This document shows positions 12,620 to 23,969 of a stretch of DNA of 64,000 nt, piece after piece. Every line of letters begins with the position of its first letter. Positions within the stretch are counted from its first letter, which is position 1. The stretch spans positions 72,056,064 to 72,120,063 of the forward strand of contig NC_068989.1 of NCBI RefSeq assembly GCF_001194135.2, in the 5' to 3' direction. The position numbers and the translations under genes were made by a program. Under the pieces are notes generated by a model. It saw nothing but the letters and a program-made list of their open reading frames with translations, was not told the origin of the DNA and searched no databases. The stretch is from Octopus bimaculoides (taxonomy: Eukaryota).

Positions 12620-13220
12620 TGAAGGCGGTGAGCTGGCAGTGTCATTAGTATGCTAGGTGGAAGCTTAGTGATATTTCGTCTGTATGTTCTGAGTTCAAAT
12701 TCTGTAAAGGTTTACTTTGCCTTTCATCCTTTTGGGATTGATAAATTNNNNNNNNNNNNNNNNNNNNNNNNNNNNNNNNNNNNNNNNNNNNNNNNNNNNN
12801 NNNNNNNNNNNNNNNNNNNNNNNNNNNNNNNNNNNNNNNNNNNNNNNNNNNNNNNNNNNNNNNNNNNNNNNNNNNNNNNNNNNNNNNNNNNNNNNNNNNN
12901 NNNNNNNNNNNNNNNNNNNNNNNNNNNNNNNNNNNNNNNNNNNAGTCAAGCACTGGCATTGACGTAATCGACTAGACCCCCTCCTCCAAAATTTGAGGCC
13001 TTGTGCCTATAATAGAAAGGGTTATTTTAGCACGCTGGGTGAAATGCTTAGCCGTATTTCACCTGTTGCTATGTCTTGAGTTCAAATTCCACCGAGGTCG
13101 ATTTTACCTTTCATCCCTTAAGGTTGATAAATTAAGTACCAGTTGAGTCCTGGGGTTGATGTAATTAACTTACCCCTCCTCCAAAATTTCAGGCCTGGTG
13201 CCTGTAGTAGAAAGGATAAT
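12620..13220 (+). mobile_element. Two AAT-family SINEs in + orientation, split by an N-gap
   Basis: aaggcggtgagctggcag head, gagttcaaatt B-box-like motif, gcctttcatcc core. Confidence 0.75.
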
Positions 13221-13639
13221 TATTATTGTTATTATCATTATGGCATAGACTTAATGTATCTCCTAGCTTAATGCCATCATCTAGTCCATGAGTGACTTTT
13301 AGTGGAAACGACTGTCATAAACAGTCAGACCAGGTCATCAGTCTGATGATAACTTTCTTCATTCTTCCTTCAGTTTTGGAGGACTTAAAAAAAGGTCATA
13401 GGCTTTGTCATTTATTCTCTCACTAAGTGATTAGAAAAAAAATTGAATAGTAGCCAGAGTAAGGATATAGTAGAAAAATGTTTCGGTAACTGTCATTACT
13501 GTTAATGGCAGTGCTCCAACATGGCTAGATTTTTTTAGATTGAAACAGATAAAGAATACTTTTACTGATAATAAAAGGGTCCTCTCTCTGAATAAAGAAC
13601 AGATTGTAGGATGCTTTCTAATATAGCATGGTAGCAAAA

Positions 13640-14053
13640 CATGGGCATTGAATGTACAGGATAAGTGTAGGTGGGAATGATATTAAGTGAGTGAGTATGA
13701 TCTGAGTGATGCACGAGTGACAGAGCAGGGAAGACAGATGGACTGAGAGAAAAATGAACATAAGAGGAATCAACTGTGTTAGAATGTTGGAGAGAAGATT
13801 ATGATGGCACAGAAAGGTAACTGATGCATAAATAGAATGACAGGTGGGTGAAGTGGCAAGAATTCCAAGTGGAAAGAGTGTGGAGAAGAGGAAAATATGG
13901 GAAGAAGTTGTGAAGGCTTATCTCAGGATACTGAACTTTAATGACGGAAATTACATAGGACCACAACAAGTGGTAAGACCTTGTATTGGAGAAAGCCTGC
14001 CTAACCCATGAAAAATGAAAAGACTGGTCACAAAATGCTGCTGATGATGATGA
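13640..14053 (+). mobile_element. Decayed 3' end of an RTE-like non-LTR retrotransposon
   Basis: Purine-rich; a fragment translates to WEEVVKAYLRILN, like RTE ORF C-termini; ends aacccatg...(GAT)n like the CAT/GAT-tailed SINEs. Confidence 0.55.
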
Positions 14054-14869
14054 AAGCAAGGGCAGTGAGGCAGTGAGTAGGCAGAATTGTTAAAACAATG
14101 GACAAAATGCCTTTTAGTATTTAGTTATAGCTCTTGATGTTCAGAATGCAAATCCCATCAAGGAGCGACTTGGCATTTTTTTCCATCTTTCCAAAGCTGA
14201 TAAAATAAAGTATCAGTCAAGTACAAGGGTCTAGTTAATTGAGTGACCTTTGTTCTCCCTAAAAAATATCTTCATTAGAAAATATTATTATAAGAAGGTA
14301 ATGGCAGAGTGCTGAACTAAATGGTATACAGTAATTAGTTTTGTTCCCCTGCCTTCGTTTAATGTAATTGATCAAATCTCTTCCTCACAAATATCCCTCC
14401 ATTTGCAAATATGAAAAATCCAGCTTATCATTACCATTATCCTCATTGCTGCCATATCTATTTCTTCAGAGGTGTATTTTTAGATACCTGCTTACATTGG
14501 TCACTGTGCTGATTATGTCATTGCAAAGATGTAATAGTAGTATTAATATTTTGCATACCAGCGTATGTAGCTGCAAATTTCATAACCACATGCGAAAAAT
14601 GGAAAGAGGGGTAAAGAAGGAAACTGAGAGACAGAGTGAGAGAGGAGATAAAAATGTAGACGGATTAACCAGGCAATTAAATGAGTATGAAGAAAGGTGT
14701 TGAAAAAAAAAAAAAAAACAGACAGGAAATTTACGTTAATCTAATAATTTGGTGTGTTAATATAGTAAATACAAATATCAGTGGTTGGTTGAGGCAGTTG
14801 ACAACTCTCACTTGCAAATCTCCGTGCTGTCACATACTTCACCACACACAAAACATAACAATAATAATA

Positions 14870-15830
14870 ATAATAATATCCTTTCTTATTTCTTTATTGC
14901 CCACAAAGGGCTAAACATAGAGGGGACAAACAAGGACAGACAAAGGGATTAAGTTGATTACATCGACTCCAGTGCATAACTGGAACTTAATTTATCGACC
15001 CCGAAAGGATGAAAGGCAAAGTCTACCTTGGCGGAATTTGAACTCAGAACGTAACGGCAGACGAAATACCGCTAAGCATTTCGCCCGGCGTGCTAACGTT
15101 TCTGCCAGCTTACCGCCTAATAATAATAATCCTTTCTTCTGGAAGCACAAGGCCTCAAATTTGGGGGAAAGGATTAAGTCGATTACATTGACCCCGGTGC
15201 ATAACTGGTACTTATTTAACCGACCCTGAAAGGATGAAAGGCAAAGTTGACCTCAATGGAAATTGAACTCAGAATGTAAAGTTGGAAGAAGTGCCGCTAA
15301 GTATTTTTCCCAGCTTGCTAATGATCTGTTAACTCACTGCCTTAATAATAATATTAATAAACCTTTCTACTATAGGCACAACACCTGAAATTTATTGGGA
15401 GGGGATAAGTCAATGGCATCAACCCCAGTACTCAACTGGTACTTATTTTAGTGACCCCCAAAAAGGATGAAAGGCAAAGTCAAAACGCTGCTAAGCATTT
15501 TGTCCAGTATGCTAATGATTCTCCCAGATCACTGCTTTAATAATAATGATGATGGTCGCTCCCATTGATTTTGACGTGTTTGAAGGAGAGGATTTAAAGG
15601 AAAGAAAAAAATAAATAAACAACAACACCAATGGTTTCAAATTTTGGCAGATGGTCAGCTATTCCAGGGTGGTCGATTATATTGACCCTAGTGTTCAAAA
15701 ATGGTACTTTATTTTTTTTACTGAACCTGCAAGGATGAAAGGCAAAGTTGGCAGGATTTGAACTCAGAATGTAATGAGTCAGAAGAAATACCTTTTATCC
15801 ACAGCTAATATAACATGATTAACCCTACAA
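14870..15830 (-). mobile_element. Second head-to-tail array of about 5 AAT-family SINEs; first copy (about 14884-15118) is well preserved with intact CpGs
   Basis: Same repeated core separated by (AAT)n. Confidence 0.85.
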
Positions 15831-16937
15831 CCCTTACTTTCAATAAAATTTCACTTCCATAAGCTTCTGAGTTAATATTTCTAAACAAACTATTCTTTTA
15901 TTTGTTTCAGTCATTTGACTGTGGCCATGTTGGAGCACTGCCATTAGTCAAACAGATCAACCCCAGGAATTATTCTTTGTAAGCCTAGTACTTATTTTAT
16001 CAGTCTCTTTTACTGAACCGCTAAGTTACAGGGATGAAAACATACTAGCATCAGTTGTCAAGTGATGGTGGGGTGACAAACATATACACACACACACGTG
16101 TGTGTGTGTATATGATGGGCTTCTTTCAGTTTCTGTCTACCAAATCCAGTCACAAGGCTTTGGTTGGCCCAAGGCTATGGTAGAAGACACTTGCCCAAAG
16201 TGCCATGCAGTGGGATTGAACCTGGAACTATGTGGTTGAGAAGCAAGCTTCTTACTATATACCCACTCCTGCATCTATTTAATTTCCCTAACATTTCATT
16301 TTAATAATTGTAGTATTAGGAAATATTATATTATAGTAGTATTCCCTTGTAATAAATTTTAGAATCACTTAAATAGTTGGTTTAATGTTTAGATCTGCAA
16401 ATTGTTTAATTAAAATGTTTAATTAGCAAATAAAATCAAATATCATTTCTTTCTTTTCTTTGTTTTACAAAGACACAATGCTCTGTCTGGTCTAGGAATT
16501 GAACCCCTAACCTTATGATGAAAACCCAACAAACAATCTAACCACTAGGCCAGATACTTTCAAAGACATGGCTAGAGGACAGTTATATACATATCTTGTT
16601 CCTGGACACAGGTGAGTGTTAATAATGAAATTAGAATTGCTGGTTCTGTGAATGGTAAGCTGATACCCTTCCTATTGAATTTGTCATCTGTGAATCCTAA
16701 AAATATATAATAATATCATTTCCACATCTACAAAACACCAGCTGGAACCATTTTACTTTTCTTCGGAAAGGTATCGACATCACAGCTACCCTGTTTTCCC
16801 CTCCTTTTCTCCTAAAAATATCTAGCTACATGACTAACTAATAGCAATAGAAAGTCATAACAAAGAACATAGTCACAACAAAGAGAAGTATATTTATAAG
16901 CCAGAAACAACTTTAAATAACATCTAAACTAGCAATG

Positions 16938-16979
<42 letters not shown>

Positions 16980-17208
16980 TATTCAGACAAATACATAACA
17001 AAAACACCAGGACTTACAAATATATATAACATACAGAAAATTGCACTACTGGGTACTGCACACATCCTACGCAAAACACTTTCAATACAGTAACCATAAG
17101 AACACCACAGCAAACTACAGCACATACCCAAGGCGCACAGAGCTGCGCTCGGTAGTGAAGTGAAAGCACGTTATAAAAATAAAACTACTGAACCATAATA
17201 ATAATAAT
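16980..17208 (+). mobile_element. 5'-truncated R4/Dong-like non-LTR retrotransposon end embedded in (TAA)n
   Basis: Translates to YSDKYITKTPGLTNIYNIQKIALLGTAHILRKTLSIQ* (stop 17091-17093), resembling the RLE-clade C-terminus QKxxLLGTAHILRKxL; (TAA)n on both sides. Confidence 0.7.
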
Positions 17209-17516
17209 ATTTTACCCCAGTGTCACTTTGATGGCATGCACTGCTCTCTCACTCAATAATAATGATAATGNNNNNNNNNNNNNNNNNNNNNNNNNNNNNN
17301 NNNNNNNNNNNNNNNNNNNNNNNNNNNNNNNNNNNNNNNNNNNNNNNNNNNNNNNNNNNNNNNNNNNNNNNNNNNNNNNNNNNNNNNNNNNNNNNNNNNN
17401 NNNNNNNNNNNNNNNNNNNNNNNNNNNNNNNNNNNNNNNNNNNNNNNNNNNNNNNNNNNNNNNNNNNNNNNNNNNNNNNNNNNNNNNNNNNNNNNNNNNN
17501 NNNNNNNNNNNNNNNN

Positions 17517-17571
<55 letters not shown>

Positions 17572-17888
17572 CATACATACATATATATACACACACACAC
17601 ACACTCGTATATATATCATATGCACACATATACATACATGGACATTTCAAGACCATATGTTTATTACAAAGAAAGGGTTCATTTAGAGATGTGTTTACAC
17701 ACAGGGTTTGTACAATGACCCACATCCTACAATTGCAGTTATTCCAGAAGATATTAAATCAAGTATCTTTTAAGTACAAGGCTGAATTATCTTCCTCTCT
17801 GTTCCTCGCTCTCATCTTCATATACTTTCTCTCTGTAAGAAAAGGGCTGTGTTCAGTCTTGGATAAGGAAGGGCTCTGCCAAGTCCAA

Positions 17889-18324
17889 CCCTTTAGCATT
17901 CAGATTTCTCTGTCAAATGTAATTCTCATTTATTCCCACTTTTTTTAATTAGTCATGCACCATCTTATAGTTTTGAGATTCCAATGATGATGATGATGAT
18001 GATCATCATCATCATCATCGTCGTTTAACGTCCGCTTTCCATGCTAGCATGGGTTGGACGATTTGACTGAGGACTGGTGAAACCAGATGGCTACACCAGG
18101 CTCCAATCTGATTTGGCAGAGTTTCTACAGCTGGATGCCCTTCCTAATGCCAACCACGCAGAGAGGGTAGTGGGTGCTTTTATGTGCCACTGGCACAAAG
18201 GCCAGTAATAGTTTATTTTTAGAATGACATTGTAGGGTAGACATGAGAGGTCAGACCTTGCTGGTTTGAATATAAAACAGGTAGAAAATTTGGGCCAGAT
18301 GTGGCTGGTTTTATTGCTAAAGGG
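17889..18324. mobile_element. CCCTTTAGCA-TIR MITE interrupted by a (CAT)n-tailed SINE (about 17985-18205, - strand)
   Basis: Termini ccctttagca / tgctaaagggttaa; the internal halves match the 12198 copy on either side of the SINE. Confidence 0.75.
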
Positions 18325-18469
18325 TTAAAATGGTCAAGACATGCCATATATTGTAACAGTGCTCCCTGCAACTTCATCAGAAGTTAAGGGCCCCCACCAC
18401 CAATATGTTATTAAGTGCTTGCTTGCTTCTGAGACAATAATATTTGATAAATCAAAGCAGGAAACTTAC

Positions 18470-18564
18470 TTTGGAAGAAAGTAAGGAGTAAAGCCAGTGC
18501 ACAGTTGCATTATGCCGGATCACACCATTCATACCATCAACGTAGAGCATCACTACACCAAGAG
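18470..18564 (-). CDS. FHOD3: FHOD exon, 95 nt, phase 1 to 0: (A)LGVVMLYVDGMNGVIRHNATVHWLYSLLSSK
   Basis: Acceptor ttttattattttccag, donor gtaagt; MLYVDGMNGV and WLY motifs. Confidence 0.95.
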
Positions 18565-19289
18565 CTGGAAAATAATAAAAAGAAATTAAGTTTGAAACTG
18601 GCATTAAATTTATGGATGAACACATTAAATTTCCAAAAAAAAAACCCCCAAAAAACCATAAACCATATCTGTTACTACCAAGAGTGTACGACTTGGCAGC
18701 ATGTACCATGATTTTGTTAAATGTTAAAGATGTTTTTGTAGTTGTCACCCTCTCAGATCTCCTGTCCTTCCTGGTCCAGCAGAACAGTGAAAATATAACA
18801 GCAGAAGGAAGAGAGGGCTGCACCAACGCTTGGCTGCAACTTATTTTCAAATGAGTTTGAAATAGAGCAATATAAAATAAAGTGCCTTCCTCAAGGACAC
18901 AACATGCTGCTCTTTCCAGGAACTGAACCTACAATTATAAGATTGGGGGTCCAACACTAGACTAAGTACCTTCACTAAAAATTAACAACAGCAAATTAAA
19001 ATATTCAATAGAACCTAAGTGTGTCGTATTTTCTTTGAGATTGATTTCAAAAGTATCAAACTATCAGTAGGAACAGAAGTAATGTGGCATAGTGACTACC
19101 ATAGTGAAGTATAAGCTCACAGCTTGTGGGTTCAAATCCACTGTAGGTATTTTATTGTGTCTTTGTGAAGATAACTTCATTTTATATGCCACAGTGTACC
19201 TAGACACAAGAATTTCTTGAAAGTTATCTAAGACTTGTCTGAAACACAATTTCTTAACATGCAGTTTCTGATTGCACTTTCATTTGTGT

Positions 19290-19600
19290 AGTGCAGGTGT
19301 GTGGCACAGAGGTTGGGCATTTGGCTCGTGGTTGTAAGATCATGAGTTTGATTCCAGGTGGTGTGCTGTGTCCTTGAGTAAGATGCTTTATTTCACATTG
19401 CTCCAATCTACTCAGTTGGCAAAAATGATTTGTACCTGTAATTTGAAGGGCCAGCCTTGTCACATTCTGTGTTGGATTGAATCTCCCTGAGAACTACATG
19501 AAGAGTTCATGTGCTTGTGGAGCACTCAGCCACATGCACATTACTTTCAAGAGTGGGCTGTTCTGTTGATTGGAATCCTCATTGTAACCAGTGGAATGAC
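19290..19600 (+). mobile_element. tRNA-derived SINE (family of 40390)
   Basis: gagtttgattcc B-box-like motif; aagggccagccttgtcaca and gagcactcagccac core. Confidence 0.7.
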
Positions 19601-20127
19601 CGGTTGTTTCTCAGAAGATACGCATGATAAAGGTTTCAAAGTAGAGTGAATTAAGAAAATAAAACTGTTGTTTCTAGCAAGTTAAGTGACTGCATAGAGG
19701 CTTCCCTTTTGCTCAGTAATCTGAGTCAATCTAATGAGTTCAATTCCAAGTTTATTAATTGTAATTCATTTTTTCTTTGTAACTGCAATTTTCAGCCATG
19801 GTGAATAGCTTTGGAAGCAAGTCTTTGGTCAGTCAACTCATCGTTAGCACACTAAATGAAGACAAAGCTTTTAATAGTGACCCTGTAACCTAATAGAGGG
19901 TTAAAGGACATTTTCGTTTGAATCAATTAGGTTTGATGCTCTCTTAATTTCTAGCATTGTGATAAGACACACTGCTTAAAAAAGTACTAATTGTTACAAT
20001 TAACTAAGTTTCTGGTTGAGATCTATGAATGACTTACTAAGTTTCAGGTTGAGATTAAAGAATGAAAATTATTGAATGTAACAAAAACTTTGATGTAATG
20101 AAGAAAAATATAAAAATTGTATCTAAC

Positions 20128-20233
20128 CTCTAAGGATAAAATTTTGGTAATTCTGGTCTGATTCAGCACCGACTTTAATGAGACAGTCAAGGCCATCATT
20201 TTCCACAAACTCATGGACTAAATCTTTGTCATC
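20128..20233 (-). CDS. FHOD3: FHOD exon, 106 nt, phase 0 to 1: [35 protein letters not shown]
   Basis: Acceptor ttcttatttaactacag, donor gttaga; conserved DKDLVxEFV...GLxCLIxVG...DxNYQxxILR; not in the ORF track. Confidence 0.95.
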
Positions 20234-21114
20234 CTGTAGTTAAATAAGAAAAAAAATACTTTTGTGAGTAGTAGCAGACAGTACAGGAAATGTTTAGAAA
20301 TGACTAAGTAGAACAATTAGCAAAATAGGATAAAAAAATTGATCTTATAAAAATATAATTTTACATTGGTCTATGATGATAATTATACAGAACTCTTTTC
20401 CATAATTAAATGTCTGCCATGAAATGACAGTAACATAGTACAAAATGAAACCTCAGCATCAGATCATCACTATATCATATTAGACTATCATCATATCATA
20501 TCAGATCATCATCATCATTATCATCATAATATCTTCCTTGTCATATCACCATCATTATTTTAATGTCCATTTTCCCATACTTATATGGATCAGAATTCAT
20601 TGACACATTTTCTACAGCTGGATGTTCTTCCAGTCACCAACATACACCCATTTCCAAGCATGGTAATATTTCCTAATGACTGGGCATGTTTTTACAGAAG
20701 ATTGGAAATAAATAACGCTTCTTATATGATAGTGACACTCATTTACAATCACTGCGCAAGGTTAAGACAAGGAGATACTAACAGACACACAAGCGAAATC
20801 CACTTACAAGACTTTTGTCAGCTCAAGGCTATTGTGGAAGACACCCAAGATGCCATGCAGTAGGACTGAACCCCAAATCACATGGTTGGGAAGCAAACCT
20901 CTTAACCACGCAGCCTTGCATAAAATACTCTGAGAATTAATCAAGTCTCCTTCTCATGAAATTAATCATATATTAAATCTAATACACTATAAATCATGTA
21001 CACAAAAGTATGACATCACCAATGGAAACGAGTTTGTACAGAAGAACGGTATTGTTAATGAACATTATAATGAGTAAAAATCACCAATATTAATGAGATA
21101 TCCAAGAGATTTAC

Positions 21115-21182
21115 CTGGAAGATTTGCTTCAATGAGAATAAAGCTCGACGGAGTTCCCGTCCACTTGAATTTAACAGTTTCT
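21115..21182 (-). CDS. FHOD3: FHOD exon, 68 nt, phase 1 to 0: (E)KLLNSSGRELRRALFSLKQIFQ
   Basis: Acceptor tttgctattttatag, donor gtaaat; ELRRxLFSLKQIFQ motif; not in the ORF track. Confidence 0.95.
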
Positions 21183-23924
21183 CTATAAAATAGCAAACGA
21201 AGAAAGAACATCTTGATTAAATATATAATTAATTACAATACTGATTTAATAACACAGAGAAGTATCAAATTTCAAAAATATGTGTCACAAGAGATAGTTT
21301 CCAGAGAAGTTAGAAGTAGAATGAGTATAAGGCATGTAAAATTTCTTATCAACGTTTGTAATAGCAATCAGTCAACACAAGGATTATAGAGGATTTATAA
21401 AATTAATTTCCATATAATAAGCTGTAACCATGTAATCAGGACAAGAGTTGTATTTTTCTCTAATCATTGTATACAGTATGAAATGACACATGTCAAGTCA
21501 GAGATAAATTCTGTTTATAAATAACAATCAAATAAACTTAGAGAAAAACAAATTTTTCTGATACTATTCTGCAAATGGAATTGGTCTCTCAAATAGAATT
21601 ATCTCTTTCCTACAGCACATGCTACAAATTAAAGAATAACAGATTTCAATGCTAAGCTGTCACCGCCACCAACACTACTGTGGGACAAAATGGATTACTA
21701 GTGTTTAGCTAATATCCTAACTATAGCATGTCACTAAGATGGACCAGAATTAATAAAATGCTCTCCTTATTTGTCAAATCTTTAAAATTTTTTTAAAATC
21801 AAAATATACAAACATACCTCAAAACAAAACAACACATGCTAAAAGTTCTAATTTTCATTCAGTGAATGGCTTTTTTACAGATCTGAATATGTCTCAAGCA
21901 TATTTGAACAGGTAGCAAGTTTGTATTTATGTACATCACTGATTAGTATTTGTATTCCATATATCATCATCCTCATCATTTAACATCCGCATTTCATGCT
22001 GGCATGGATTGGACGGCTTAACAGGAATTGGCCAAGAAGAAAACTGCAGCAGGCTTCAGTGTCTGTTTTGGCGTGGTTTTTACACCACACACACCTGTCA
22101 GTCTATCTATCAATATTAACATCATCGAACATGGACGTTAAATGATGCTGATGTCTTATAAATATAAAATGTGTGTGTGTCTGTGTGTGTGTGTGCACCT
22201 GTATATGTTGTACCAAGATCAAAATATATAAATGTTAGTAATTTTTTAGATTCATAAGCTATTACATGCTGGAACAAGTTTCAAAAACGAAGTGTGTAGA
22301 TACAGTTTTTCACATAGAAATTACAGAAACATGTAGATATACATAACTCATATGTAAACCTAAGTATTTGGAATATCTGCATATGTAGTGAATAAGACTT
22401 TCAGCCTGATACTAATAAATCTCTGATAATTTTGTTTACTTCCAACATATGTACCAGCATTTCTTAGACAAAGCTGCTCTTTCTTGTATCACTATTCCCT
22501 ACTGTTCAATCCCTGCTCTGACATTAACCTCTATGCCCAGTCCTTTCCTTTAAGAAACATCACTCTGGAATCTCCTCCTAGTGCATGCCTTTCCTACAGA
22601 TGCTGACCTGAAATATCTGCAATATTAACTACATTGGTCATGGAGAGCTTGCAGCAGAGGTCATGGATATTGCTCCACTTTCCACTTTTTTTATTGTGTG
22701 TCTCACTCAGCAGGTGAGACCTATTAAAAAAGTAGGAAAAAGTGTCTGTGTGCATTTGTGTATGTATATGGTTTGTTGGTTTATTATTGTTACATGGACT
22801 TAGAAAAATAAAGATGATGATTATACACAAAGAAAAATTAAGCTAAAGTAGCTATGGCATGATATTATGTTTGAATAATTTGCTATGTTCCAATGAAGTT
22901 GGTAAGGAGATTTGATTCAATAGATAACTATGTATGAGCACCAAGAATGTACATAAGTTAAGTTCAAGATCCCTTCAGCTCTCTATCCCTTGCACTTCTA
23001 ATGAACCATGAACTATAATGATTACATTTTGTACCTCTCAATCACCTCTTGTCAATCTGTAAGGTTCATGATAATTTAAACTGAGAGGTCCTTGTCTTGT
23101 TTGCTTTTGGTGCCACATAAAAAGCATCTGCACTAGTGTCAGAACTGCAGATGAGACTGCAAGCTGAGGATTGAAATTCAGACATTTCAGAAATTGCTCC
23201 AATCATTCCCTTGCCCTCCTCATCCTCCACTTCTCCTCAGTCTGCAAGTATGAGGGATGCCCTACCATCATCACTATCATCCTCTCTTATCTCACTTGCT
23301 AGTACTTCTTTACTTAGCATCAGTTCACCTGTCAAAAGCAAGCAGTAAACATTCTGCAAATGGTGCAATATAGATCAGCATCAATATCTGGAGAGAGAGA
23401 GAGAGAAGTTAAGTCTTCATCTACTTTAAGTCAAGATAACTAGATATAAGCTTCAACCCGTAGAAACCCATAGATGACTAGGGGACATTTACTTTAAGCT
23501 AACTAAAGAGGAGCTGTTAAAATGTAACAGTTCTTGTAACTTATGGAGATAACAAGAGCCATCTGTTTCTTTGAAATATATGTGAAGTTGAAATGCACAT
23601 AACTACCATTCTTTAGATAAGAGTTAGACCTCTCACATCAAAGACTACTTTTAAAGTGTGAATATAAATGTGTGCATGTGTGTGTGTATGCATGTGTCCA
23701 TACATACATACATACATACATACATGAATGCATACATATGTACATACATATATGTATATATACATATACACATACAATTTATATATACATATACATGTAT
23801 ATAAAGTTTACAGATCCAACAGAGGTAGCATCAACTAAAAAAAGTACTCCATCCAGTGATTTAAATTGATTATATATATATGCCTTGCAAGTGGATTTGG
23901 TAGACAGAAACTGAAAGATGCCCA

Positions 23925-23969
<45 letters not shown>

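Noticed and set aside
13270-13350. Possible intronic C/D box snoRNA (TGATGA and CTGA motifs, small hairpin)
   Set aside because: No terminal D box or closing stem in the host-sense orientation
18612-18854. Coding-looking segment open on both strands next to exon 18470-18564
   Set aside because: The FHOD frame is complete without it; I found no matching splice pair or recognisable motif
20003-20068. About 33-bp imperfect direct duplication near the 20128 donor (also a 20-bp duplication at about 50443-50481)
   Set aside because: Ordinary slippage duplications with no sign of function
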